A DNA stretch of 63,023 nt, filler included, from Collodictyon triciliatum (Eukaryota): NCBI GenBank assembly GCA_043381765.1. It is 23 parts of 23 records of this genome, joined end to end, with 100 filler letters (N's around TTAATTAATTAA, not from the genome) between each part and the next. Parts side by side here need not be neighbours in the genome. Positions count along the whole stretch, not along the records: positions 52,162 to 54,802 come from JBHJMP010008528.1; positions 54,903 to 57,542 come from JBHJMP010008529.1; positions 57,643 to 60,282 come from JBHJMP010008530.1; positions 60,383 to 63,023 come from JBHJMP010008531.1; 19 more parts are not named here. One strand, 5' to 3'. The notes beneath the pieces are model-generated. The model was not told the origin of the DNA. It saw nothing but the letters and a program-made list of their open reading frames with translations, and did no database searches. Of this stretch, positions 52,343-63,023 are shown in pieces. The translations under genes were made by a program, and so were the position numbers. Position 1 is the first letter of the stretch. Every line of letters starts with the position of its first letter.

Positions 52343-54672
52343 ATGAAGAAATTGAAAAACACACCATCCTTGTACGAAAATCTCTCTGGCTCTTTGGAAT
52401 TTGGGTTGATGTCTCTCTCTTCGTTCGTCGCTTTTTCTTGCACATTTTCCATCAGGTGTGTCTTACAGAAGTATGACCTAGTATATTATATTTTCCTCTT
52501 TTATCCGATTCTAAAAATATATTGTATAATTTTTGCTTAGATTAAATTTGTATCAAATAGAACGACCCTTTATGTCGGGGAATTTAAGGAGGAGTATTTG
52601 GGCATTTTACAACTGAAAGTTGCATTCGCACTTTTCCAGTATACTTGGATACTCAATACATGTTAAAACACGTGTCTAATTTTTTTTGAACTTTATACAA
52701 GTAGATATCCCCGTTCTTAGTACTCTTTACCTTAACATTGCAATTTTTAATTACAGGACGATGGGGTTTTTTCTGGGGAAATTCCCATCCATCTTGTTCA
52801 TTCCAGATGTCTTACCTGCAAATAGATTTATCCTATCCGTGTCTCTATATGGAGCAGCTGTTTTATTCTTTTGTGGAATCCAGTTGTTCTCAGCTCCAAT
52901 AATGCAATGCATCTCTGTTTTTATCAGCGGACTTTTCATATCCCCACTATGGGGGCTCATAGTAATGTATCTGGAAGGGCGCTCAAAGACAGAACCTTTG
53001 CTTGCTTTTTTAAGCCTCAGTCCTATCCTAGCTAGTGGCTCGGCTCGGTACCTGGGTATATGGCTCCTAAGTTTGGGATTTTCAGATCATTCTATGCCAA
53101 GTGTGGCATCCTTGCTTTCCTATGGTATTTTTGCATTATCCATGTGGTGTCTTCATCAAATGCCGCCGCCATCACCAGCAGATATTGCTCGACGAAGTAA
53201 AAGGAAACCTATCACCCCATCACAGCGCAATCAACTCCTTTCTCAATATGCGCGAGGTATCATCCCAATAACCCTCGTTTACTCTTTTATGACAGCTGTT
53301 CGAGCTTATCGAGACTACTTTGTTTTGGTTCGTTTCTTTATATTCCTTTTCTTTATTGATTGTCTTGATAGTCTTTTACACCATAATTTCACATTTCAAT
53401 TTTTATGGCTTTTCCGTTTGATTAAAAGATTTTCATCATACATAAAACACCCTTTATTTCAATAAATTAGGAAATGATTTCAGAATCACGTTTTCCAAAC
53501 TACGAACCATCTTCGCTCGTATGGACTGAGGTTCCCATAGCATTCTTTTCTCTAGGGATATATGGCTTTATGTACAAAATTCAAGATAATTGGAAAGCGT
53601 TCTCCTGTATGATTTTTGTGATGGTTTGTACCCCTAACTCTCCCTTGTTTTACAAAAAAAAAAAAAAAAAAAAAAATATTTAGTATCAAACAAATACTTT
53701 CCAGCCTTATGTATTATTATCACTATTTTTTACTACTTGAAATTCTACTGATATAAATTGATATCGATACATACTTAATATGAAGTATATATTGATATGC
53801 TAATATACCAAAACTTAAATCGTCAGATATTTGGGAGTTTGGTCGTTTTCATGGCGACTTTTTTATATCAAATGGAAGTCATTTCAACTCTGGTAGCATA
53901 CTTTCATATTCCAAACATGATGTTTTTTGTCAGTTTAACAACCCCATTATTAATCAAAAAAATCTATAGGTATGGTTAAGTATGGTTGGTATAGGCCTTT
54001 ATCTAGGTAAAACATATGGAAACAAAAATTATATACTGAATAATTCATGAAAAGGCTAAAAAAAAACAATGTTATATATTTTTTTATTCTTCCTTTCAAT
54101 TTTGTGCAGGATGGTGGGGATGTTGAAAACAATGTTATATATAATTGTGAATCTAAATCATGGTATATCACTTTGAATCGAATAAAGGGAAAAAATTATG
54201 ACATGTCAATTTTGCATAGCAAATATACCACCGGGTGCTATGCTTTATGATCGATTCATATCGATAATTAGACGCGAATACACATCTGTTTTCTTGATAT
54301 ATATGTCCGATGCAAGTGGGTACATCTTTACAATATCTCTACTACTGTATATTCACTTGAAGGCTGAACATGAAAAGGATGTCCATACGAAGGTCAGTAG
54401 TCGTCACCCCTCTCTGATTGTATTTTCTTCCTTGGGTTATGATTGTGTTTTTTGAAAATTTTGAATGATGCACCGAATGAAATAGTTTACCTCTATCATA
54501 GCGATTTCAGTTTGCAGAGTTTTATCAATACTTTTGCACTATTGTTGGAGTTACGTGTGTCTTGCTGCTGGCCTACTCGTATACATTTTTTAAAAGGGTT
54601 TCAGCCAAGTTTGAGACAAATCCAAGTACTACTGGTCACAGTGCTTACCACACGAAAGAACCTGACGTTTAA
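52343..54672 (+). CDS. DUF5690-family MFS-like membrane transporter, complete, multi-exon
   Basis: LKVAFALFQTMGFFLGKF, WGLIVMYLEGRSKTE, MPPPSPADIARRSKRKP, RAYRDYF, LYDRFI, VFLIYMSDASGY are the motifs I recall for DUF5690; ends KEPDV-TAA. Confidence 0.8.
54080..54125 (-). mobile_element. Short retroposed insertion, family C
   Basis: Perfect 17-bp duplication AAAACAATGTTATATAT (54063-54079, 54126-54142) around CAACATCCCCACCATCCTGCACAAAATTGAAAGGAAGAATAAAAAA. Confidence 0.65.
54171..54192 (+). mobile_element. Family A insertion with an aged target-site duplication
   Basis: Flanks AAATCATGGTATATCA and AAATTATGACATGTCA are 12/16 identical, and all differences are transitions. Confidence 0.7.
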
Positions 54673-55082
54673 GATTTTGGCGCTAGCCATCTCAAACATA
54701 GTAGTTTTTTTTTTCAATACTATGAACGCCAAAAAAAAAAAAAAAAAAAAGAATAAACTTTTTTTTTTAAAAAAAAAAAAAAATAATTAATATTTTTTTT
54801 GTNNNNNNNNNNNNNNNNNNNNNNNNNNNNNNNNNNNNNNNNNNNNTTAATTAATTAANNNNNNNNNNNNNNNNNNNNNNNNNNNNNNNNNNNNNNNNNN
54901 NNCTTTTCTATCTTTTCTATCTTTTCTATCTTTTCTATCTTTTCTATCTTTTCTATCTTTTCTATCTTTTCTATCTTTTCTATCTTTTCTATCTTTTCTA
55001 TCTTTTCTATCTTTTCTATCTTTTCTATCTTTTCTATCTTTTCTATCTTTTCTATCTTTTCTATCTTTCCATTTCTTCATAC

Positions 55083-57465
55083 AGTAAAGGTCTCCGAGCC
55101 CGGGAGAATGTCCTCGATGCTGCAATCCAGTGTGCTGTACTGCGTGTCCAGCGGGTTGGGCGGCAGCGAGTCGTCTGTAGCCTCCTCTTCCTTCGCCTTC
55201 TGCTCGTTCATCATTCCTTGCGCGACTTCGATATCCGACAAGACATTGAGAAGGTCTCGCTTGCTGTGCACCGTGACAATATCCTGTGTGAGAATTTATT
55301 TATTTTTGGTGTCATTGCTGTTCCTATCGTGTACTGGCTTTCGTATACATACGTTTGTATTTAAATGTTTACAATCCATGTTGAGTGTGCAAGCTAAACT
55401 AAGATATAAGCTCTTGAAGATTGCTGTTTTTCAGAGTTCCAGATAGAATGCAAGAGATGCATGCATACCCTGATTAAAGGAGGCACTCTGCGGCCGAACG
55501 CGTGGGGGATGTTAGTGTAGAATGCACTTGTCCACTTGGAAATGTCAGCTTTTGAGTTTTTGTTGATAGCATCTTCAAGTTCTTGAAGAATTTCAAAGCC
55601 TCTGTAAATAAGATAGCTCTTTAGATAAACTTGTCCGGAATCTATGATTCCATGGGTGAATAATAAGGAATTGTAATTACAAGTCGTCTAAAAATTTAGA
55701 TAAAAATTACTGTTGGCTGTGAAATGATGAAAGACAAAAGAAAGTGAGTACTTCAGGATTTGAGACTTCTGAATCTTGCCAAGAGGGAGCTCCTCCGTGT
55801 TGATTTCAAGCTTCTCCATTGAGTGCTAATATATTTGTGTAACTTGTAAATAATCGTATTTCAGAAAATGCTTGAAAAGAATAAATTGCTTTCTAGGTTT
55901 GATATACAGAGAAGCGCAATGCTCCAACTGTATTCCTCATGAATAAAAAACTATTTGGTTTCATAAGATACCTTAAACATATTAACATCAAAGATTAGGC
56001 CGACCATATCTTGAATGCTAGGAGAAAGTATAGACGGGCGATATTTTTTCTGCTTTTTATATTTTTGCGGAAAAAATAGTGTTACTCTTTTGTTGAGGTA
56101 AGAGGTTATTCATTAGTCATGTGAAAAAGTGAAAGAAAGGAATGGGTCGGAATTGGTCTCCTGATTTGCTACCATTTGATTCTTTACATACAGGAGAAAC
56201 GACGACTGCGACCGGCTTTTCTGTGGACTTGCCTCCGACAGGGCCCAAATATGTGTATTTTCCATCAACAGGAACGAAGGAGTCTTTCTTGCTCCAGTGA
56301 TTCTTTGTCTTATGAGTGAGAGGCAATGACATTAAAAAGCAATTCTCTATCCCCTTTTTCATATGAGCGGCATTGATTGCTTTTGGTCTTGAGAAAACAG
56401 ATCGGTAAGTCTAGCGACTCTGGTCACGGAACAAATGAATAGACAACATGAAACATAAAATTCATAATATATTATGCCTATTGAGTACACAAATAACCTT
56501 GTCCAAGAACTTCTTTTCAAAGTCCTTCACTGCAGATGCTAGATCTGTTCCGGTGTCATCAAAGCAGGCCCGCCCTGGCTCGCCCTTGTAAATATTTTTA
56601 ACCAGCAAAATTTAAAAAGGCGTCGACGCCATTGATTGTTTTGGTATGAGAAGAGTGTCAGAGCACATTCTGTGAAGAACAAGCTATGTTATGAGATTTG
56701 GAAATAAAAATAAAATAAAAGGCATTATAAAACAGGACCTATAAAGATATCCACACGAAACGCCATAGTAAAAAGGTTAGGGTGTTGTGAATAAGATGTT
56801 GGACTTACGACTCGCCCCCATCTCGTCCAGACGCCATAGGAGCCCGTAATATCAAGCAGTTGGATTACATAAAACTTGTTATTGTTCTTGCCGACATTGG
56901 TCTGGTTGAGCATGCAGTCCATGTCGTTGACTACTTTGGCATTGCGGGCATGTGGGTAATACCTGTGTCACAATGGAAGATGAGGAAAACAAGTTGCGAT
57001 TGCACAATATACCAGATAATAATATCGATTACGCGCATGGGCAATAACTTACAAATGAAAGTTAAAAAAAAAAGGTTAAAAATAAAAGAACAAAAACATA
57101 TTTCAAATAATGCACTCGTATCTCTGGACTTTGGTCAGGCTATTCAAGAAACAGAAAAGAGAGAAGTAGAGAAGAAATGAGAACAAACTCATCAACTACA
57201 GCTTCACGGGGCTTCTTTACTGCTCCAGCCTTCGGATCAGTGGGAGATGCGCCTCCAGCAGCACCCTGTGTGGCTGAAGCTGAGGCTGCGGTTGTCGTTA
57301 TCGTCTTTGCAGACAGCAATGCCTCGACTGAGGAGGCAGGAAAGCAAGCACCACGAGCATTCAGGCCTTTTCCCCCCTTCCCAGTCGCCAGCCAGTTTCC
57401 GCAAACCACAACCAAGGACCGTGCCAAAAACATACCTGCATCCCAAGGCCCCGCACGAGGAGCGT
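55083..57465 (-). CDS. Poly(ADP-ribose) polymerase, PARP2/3-like (WGR + regulatory domain), internal fragment
   Basis: DCMLNQTNVGKNNNKFYVIQLL, VWTRWGRV|GE, FEKKFLDK|TKNHW, GKYT, LPLGKI, GFEIL, FYTNIPHAFGRRVPPLI, LSDIEVA, NPLDTQY. Confidence 0.94.
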
Positions 57466-57778
57466 AGTTTTGTTTGTTTGTTTGTTTGTTTGTTTGTTTG
57501 TTTGTTTGTTTGTTTGTTTGTTTGTTTGTTTGTTTGTTTGTTNNNNNNNNNNNNNNNNNNNNNNNNNNNNNNNNNNNNNNNNNNNNTTAATTAATTAANN
57601 NNNNNNNNNNNNNNNNNNNNNNNNNNNNNNNNNNNNNNNNNNATACATACATACATACATACATACATACATACATACATACATACATACATACATACAT
57701 ACATACATACATACATACATACATACATACATACATACATACATACATACATACATACATACTCTATCCGCCCAATAG

Positions 57779-58264
57779 CCACGACACCGCTGAAGCAGAG
57801 CAATGCCGCTGTCCATTCCATGATAAAGACAACTCCAACACCCAGAAGTCGAAAATATCCGGGGGTGCAGCGGGGTGGATTCAAAGACTCTGCGTATGAT
57901 GCCCACAACCGCAGACATCGCCATGGACAAGACTTCTCGGGCGATGTAAGCAATCATACTCTTCTTAATTATTAAATAAGTAAATGATTGATTTGATTAC
58001 CATTACTATTATTTTGTTCACATTCTGTTTTTTTGGACTCACTTTCTCACTCAAAAGAACTCATGGGTTTTTGTTGATTCACATCCGCTGTGCAAATTTT
58101 ACAAATGGTTGTGCTTATTCCTTTTCTTTTTGTGGCGGCATCTCTGCCAATAGCTTTGGGACCCTGTCAATCGCGAATTGCCTGAAGATGATTTTAGCGC
58201 CATGTCCTCAACAACCACCGACTTTCATCGCGACCGAAGAGGGGGTCTGAACTTTGATCAGTGA
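57779..58264 (+). CDS. Last two exons of a hypothetical protein
   Basis: TAG acceptor, ...RHRHGQDFSGD|gtaag...tag|LWDPVNRELPEDDF...LNFDQ-TGA, spliced in frame. Confidence 0.45.
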
Positions 58265-58894
58265 CAGGTGATGCATCACGAGCATCCCAGCCATCATAAA
58301 GTAATACCGTTCCGATAAAATGTTCTATTCGACCAAACATGTGGAAAGCAAATGTTTTTTTCTTCAAGTCAGCTAGACATTCAATCTTGTCCAGTTTTAT
58401 TTCCTCTTCCAATACATCCTGATAATCATTCTTTATCGCGCATGCATAGTCGCCACATAATCATAATTCATGCTCTTTTATTCTAAAAATTAATATTGCT
58501 ATCACGGCATTGTATTCTATCGTATATCTTCGTCGAGTTTAGGCAATTATAAACATTTGGGTTCCAAGTATGCCTTGTCTGAACAAAATAATAATAAGAA
58601 TAAGAATAATAAGAATAATAATAATAAGAATAATAATAATAAGAATAAGAATAATAATAATAAATAATCTGTCTACTCATTCGCGCATTATTATTATTAT
58701 GGATTGTCTATGTTTGGAACCTTTTAGTTTTTCAGTGTATTTAAGATATGTGAGATATGATTTAATGAAACGTCGTCGGGAAAGAGACGGGAAAATGAAA
58801 CCAAATCGTATTTCTTTTTAATATTTTATTTTATTTCTTGAGGTTTCTGAACCTGGCGATTTTCTTCCTATGCGGTTGTTTATTTGCTAGGAAC

Positions 58895-60140
58895 TTAGAG
58901 ACCAAGGTAGCTGACTCCGATTTTGTCAGCCTATGAAAAATAATTGTGTTAATAGAACAATCATGGTGCTGAATACATTTTCACTTCTCGTGGTGTAACA
59001 AAAAAATAATAATAATAATTCAAAACCTGGTCAGTGATTGCATCAATGGCCTCTTCGCGGTGGCGTTTCATGAATCCATGGAATGAGTGGTGCTAAATAT
59101 TAAGAGTATGATTGAGCCAGTTAACACAATTGAAGGATATGCGTTTAATTTCTAAGATTTACATATAAGGCTTTTATGACAGTATGAACATCTCTTAGGA
59201 ACGGAGACTTTCGCTCAAGCTTCGCATTAGAAAAAAAAGGGAAAAGAAAAAATTGGAATAACACAAACCTTTCCGCTCTTAAGAATCAGTGTGATTTGGG
59301 TAGGAAAGAGACTAAACTTGTTCGTCTGATTTATACCGAATCGCCGTGATATATAATTGTTTGAATTCACCCATGATGAACAAAGTTAGTCTTCTCTTGA
59401 TACAAATGGTGCTCATGGCCGATTCCATAACCAGATTGTGAGCGTATCAAAACAAAACAAAACAAAACAAAACAAAACAAAACAAAACAAAACAAAACAA
59501 AACAAAACAAAACAAAACAAAACAAAACAAAACAAAACAAAAACAGTCTTACTCGCTCGATCTTGTGTATTTCGTCAAGTCGGTATAATTTCTGTTTCTT
59601 TCCAATCGCCAGAGTGGACACGAAACATAGGTGGTTCGTTGTGAGATAAAGGCGACCAGGGGTGCTAACATCAGAGCGTATGCAACTAAAGTCTATATAT
59701 ATATATATTGCTGTTTTTAGAACTGAGATTGCTGTGTTGGTGTAGTATAATGAAATCGCTTGCAGTGCGGACTAATAACAATCAAGAATCGCCTATGGGT
59801 CGAAAACTCAAAGAGGTCCAAATCATATATTCGATGAAGATTAAGATTACGTCGAATGTAAGCCTCAGAGGTCTTCAACTGGAATCGGCTGCGCAAATCC
59901 TTAATTACACTTTCATCTAGACTCATAGATTCGTCGCACTGTCAAAAGAGAAATAAAGCCATTACAAAACATTCAGCATAATCAACATTTTTATCGAGTC
60001 TACACAAGAGATGCTCATACAGAACATATCAGTAGTGGGGAAAAGTAATTAATGAATACCTTCATGTATTGAGAAATAACCTCTACCAGATCACTCTTAT
60101 TCGATACCCCCGTAAAGGTGAAGTCCTTAGCAATGATATT
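58895..60140 (-). CDS. C-terminal GRAM (PH-like) domain protein, 5' partial
   Basis: LRSRFQLKTSE...|TPGRLYLTTNHLCFVS...YRLDEIHKIER|TNKFSLFPTQITLILKSGK|HHSFHGFMKRHREEAIDAI...|ADKIGVSYLGL-TAA. Confidence 0.75.
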
Positions 60141-60198
60141 TTGGACATATGTTTATACACTTACTTCCATAATAGAAAGTGATAAAAAAAATCATGAG

Positions 60199-60268
<70 letters not shown>

Positions 60269-60657
60269 ATGGAGGGAGAGACNNNNNNNNNNNNNNNNNN
60301 NNNNNNNNNNNNNNNNNNNNNNNNNNTTAATTAATTAANNNNNNNNNNNNNNNNNNNNNNNNNNNNNNNNNNNNNNNNNNNNGAAAAAAAGAGAAGAAAA
60401 AAAGAGAAGAAAAAAAGAGAAGAAAAAAAGAGAAGAAAAAAAGAGAAGAAAAAAAGAGAAGAAAAAAAGAGAAGAAAAAAAGAGAGGGAAAAAAGAGAAG
60501 AAAAAAAGCAACATGAAAATGGCCTCATATCCATTTCTCTCAAAGTACTGATTATCCACCAATTTTATCGTGCTGAACATCATGCCTCCTTTAAAGCAAG
60601 GCGGATGTCGATAGATATAAATAAATCTTGTACTGTTGGGGTCTGTGACGACTGTAC

Positions 60658-61824
60658 CTTGATCTGGCGGCCCTTGAGCTGTGAATCGGAGAGGGTCAAT
60701 GCAATCTCAACAGCCTCCTTGGCAGCAAATTCCACGTAGGCATATCTGTGTGAACGGAACAGTCAGGTGAGAGACATTCATGCATAGATTGTGGTTTTAG
60801 TTACTCGCCCTTTCGGGTGGCCAGTGTGGCGGTCGCACAAGATCGTGACGCGGTTGATTGTGCCGCATGATTGGAAAAGCTCCTGCAGCTCTTCAGGCTT
60901 TGTTGAATAGTCAACCTGGACGTGTGGTTGATAGAGTAGATGAAAGGACGGTAAATTGATGCAGGATGAGTTGTATACAAGAGGAAATGAGAATGCCGAA
61001 GATGAAAAAAAAGAAAAAAGGGTGAGAGAGAGAGAGAGAGAGAACAAGCAGGTGGCCGTACGTTGCCCACGTAGATAGAGCGAGCGTCAGCTTCAGGGCC
61101 CGCTGGGTTGAGAAAGTTTGGTGAGTTCGTTTGTTCATAAACATGGATTTTCAAAATATTTTTTAATTTTTAAAAAAAACGCAATAATTAAAACACGTAG
61201 AGTTGAAGAAGTGTCCAAGTCTGAAATAAAAATAAATGCATCATGAAATATGAGATGGTGGCTGGCTCACCGGAATGTTCCGGATCGTTATCCTCGGCGG
61301 TCAGGGCCTCAAGCTTGTCTTCCTCTGTCAGATGCGCACTTTCGCTATCACCTTCGGTGGCCTCTGTGGCGTCAGCTTTCGTGTCCGTCTCCTATTTTGT
61401 CAATAGTCTTGTTTTCTTCTCTTTTTTCTTCTTTTTTTTTTTTCACTTTTTTCTTTTTTTCTCACTTTTTTTATACGTTTTTTTTTGGAAGAAACAAGAA
61501 CGAAGGAGAAAAGAGTGAAACAAAAGCGATTTTAGAGTCGCGTCAAGGGCGAGAGAGGTGCTTTGGAGTTGAAACAAAATCCAAAAGACAGCAAAGGAAT
61601 CCAGAGGGTTACCGTCAAACGGGCGATCTCAGCATCGGTAAGCGGGGTTTCTTCTGTGTACTCGGTTTCTTCAGGGTTTGAAGACTGAGCGTGTTGTGAG
61701 TGTTTTTTTTTAAGGAGGTATACCAGTAGTAAACAAGAAAAGAAAAGAAAAGAGGACTTAAAAAAGAGATAAATTAAAAACGAGAGAAGGTAGTAAAGAT
61801 ATGCCTAGAATTGAAATCAACCAT
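60658..61824 (-). CDS. PABPN1: Nuclear poly(A)-binding protein (PABP2), 3' partial
   Basis: Acidic N-terminus, then [53 protein letters not shown]...LKGRQIK. Confidence 0.95.
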
Positions 61825-62129
61825 GTTGCGATGCTGTCCACTGCTCTGCTCAGCCCGGCGTTGAAAAAGTCCACGATTATTTAGTTACCATAAGGAGAGA
61901 GTTTAATACAACTCTTCAAAAAGGTCAGAAAAATAGACTTTGCTGATGGAAGACACCTCCCGCTTTGCCTTGACGCCGATCACAGAGCAGAACGGGCTTT
62001 GATCGAACCAAACAGCTGCAAACACACAAGACTCGTCGCAGACCACGTTCGTGTACGTTTTCCACGATGCTGATTCATCTTTTTCAGTTCCTCGCGCACA
62101 AACAGCCACGACAATCGGCATCGGAATCA

Positions 62130-62377
62130 TGGGCATGACAAGCGATAATGAAAACAGGGCGTATTTGTCTGGACTCTGGGTTTTTTGGGCGCCGCTCGCT
62201 GTTGGCGTCCGGTGCATCGGCTCTGGCTTATGGGGCGTGAGCTTGATTGAAGCGGTTCAGCTTGGATACATGCATGGTTCAGATCTATATCTTCATTCGC
62301 ACACTCTCTGCGGGAAGTGATGGCATCATGGGTTGCATAGTTACTTATGATTTACTCGCATCGAACCCGATACTTTT
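62130..62377 (+). CDS. Possible first exons of a hypothetical membrane protein
   Basis: MGMTSDNENRAYLSGLWVFWAPLAVG...LWG|gtgag...cag|IYIFIRTLSAGSDG...|gtaag; divergent from PABPN1. Confidence 0.3.
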
Positions 62378-62513
62378 GTAAGGGTTTCCTTCCCTATCTA
62401 TATTTTTTCGATGATTCTCTTTGAGATGGAAGTGAGAAGGTCACGAAAAAGTTAGTCATGTGAGAGTAATCCGTTCACTATGTATTTCCAGCACCGCCTT
62501 CTAAAACTGCTTG

Positions 62514-63023
62514 ACCGCTCTTTCCGCCCATACCAAGAGAGGCCGCCTCTCCACTCCGCTATCATCGGCGATATCCCCCAGGCTTCACCAAGGCAGACAT
62601 TGAAGAGACCGGCAAAGTATTATATTCGCCTACCATAGTTTACTACGAAGCTGTGGACGGTATCTGGACCAATGACGCGGTGGTCAAGTTCTCGGCATCA
62701 GAACTGCCCAAAGTGCCAGAAAAGAAAATAAACCTGCAAGGATTCCTCGTCCCCTTCATACTCCTCCCCGAACGGAAGGAGAAGCCCAAATATGATACCA
62801 AACATAAGAAGCACCAGGACAAATACCACGGTAAACCCAACCGCAAGCCCTCGCAACCCACGCAGTCCAGGGGTGAAAGACGGGCCCAACCCTCCCGAAC
62901 ACCATTACCCGAAGCCATGGAAGACGAGGACGATGAACCACCTCAGCCCACTACCGCCACCCAACCAAGAAGCTCCTCTCGCAAGGAACTCCCAAAGAAA
63001 GCAAATGAGACTTTGGAAATGCG
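62514..63023 (+). mobile_element. Probable non-LTR retrotransposon ORF1 fragment (RRM-like + basic/Pro-rich tail)
   Basis: C/A-rich intronless frame open from 62581 to the window end (GFTKADIEETGKVL...DGIWTNDAVVKF...VPEKKINLQGFLVPF...), with a frameshift to upstream AIIGDIP. Confidence 0.45.

Overview
This is not a contiguous locus. It is 23 unrelated eukaryotic contigs of about 2.64-2.65 kb, roughly size-sorted and joined by artificial 100-bp linkers (N44-TTAATTAATTAA-N44). Most contigs break at microsatellites. The source is an intron-rich microbial eukaryote using the standard code, with basal-body/flagellar genes. By manual splicing I recognise fragments of THEM6, USP39, a secreted FkbM/Methyltransf_22-type methyltransferase, a class I cyclic-nucleotide phosphodiesterase, a MAPR/cytochrome-b5-like protein, RBM5/10, two MDR dehydrogenases (one decayed, one ending in SKL), LCMT1, KDM5, BBOF1, a myosin head, LRRC34, an LRR protein, PA200, a DUF5690 transporter, a PARP, a GRAM protein and PABPN1. 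The standout is a decayed Fanzor1-type (eukaryotic TnpB-like RNA-guided nuclease) gene at about 16583-18236. It is followed by an apparently intact four-hairpin, pseudoknotted omegaRNA-like scaffold at 18237-18361. Other notable items are three families of very short poly(A)-tailed retroposed insertions with target-site duplications, an orphan structured contig (19238-21885), three GC-AG introns and an isolated in-frame TAA in LRRC34. All family assignments are by eye from motif recall; no database searches were run.
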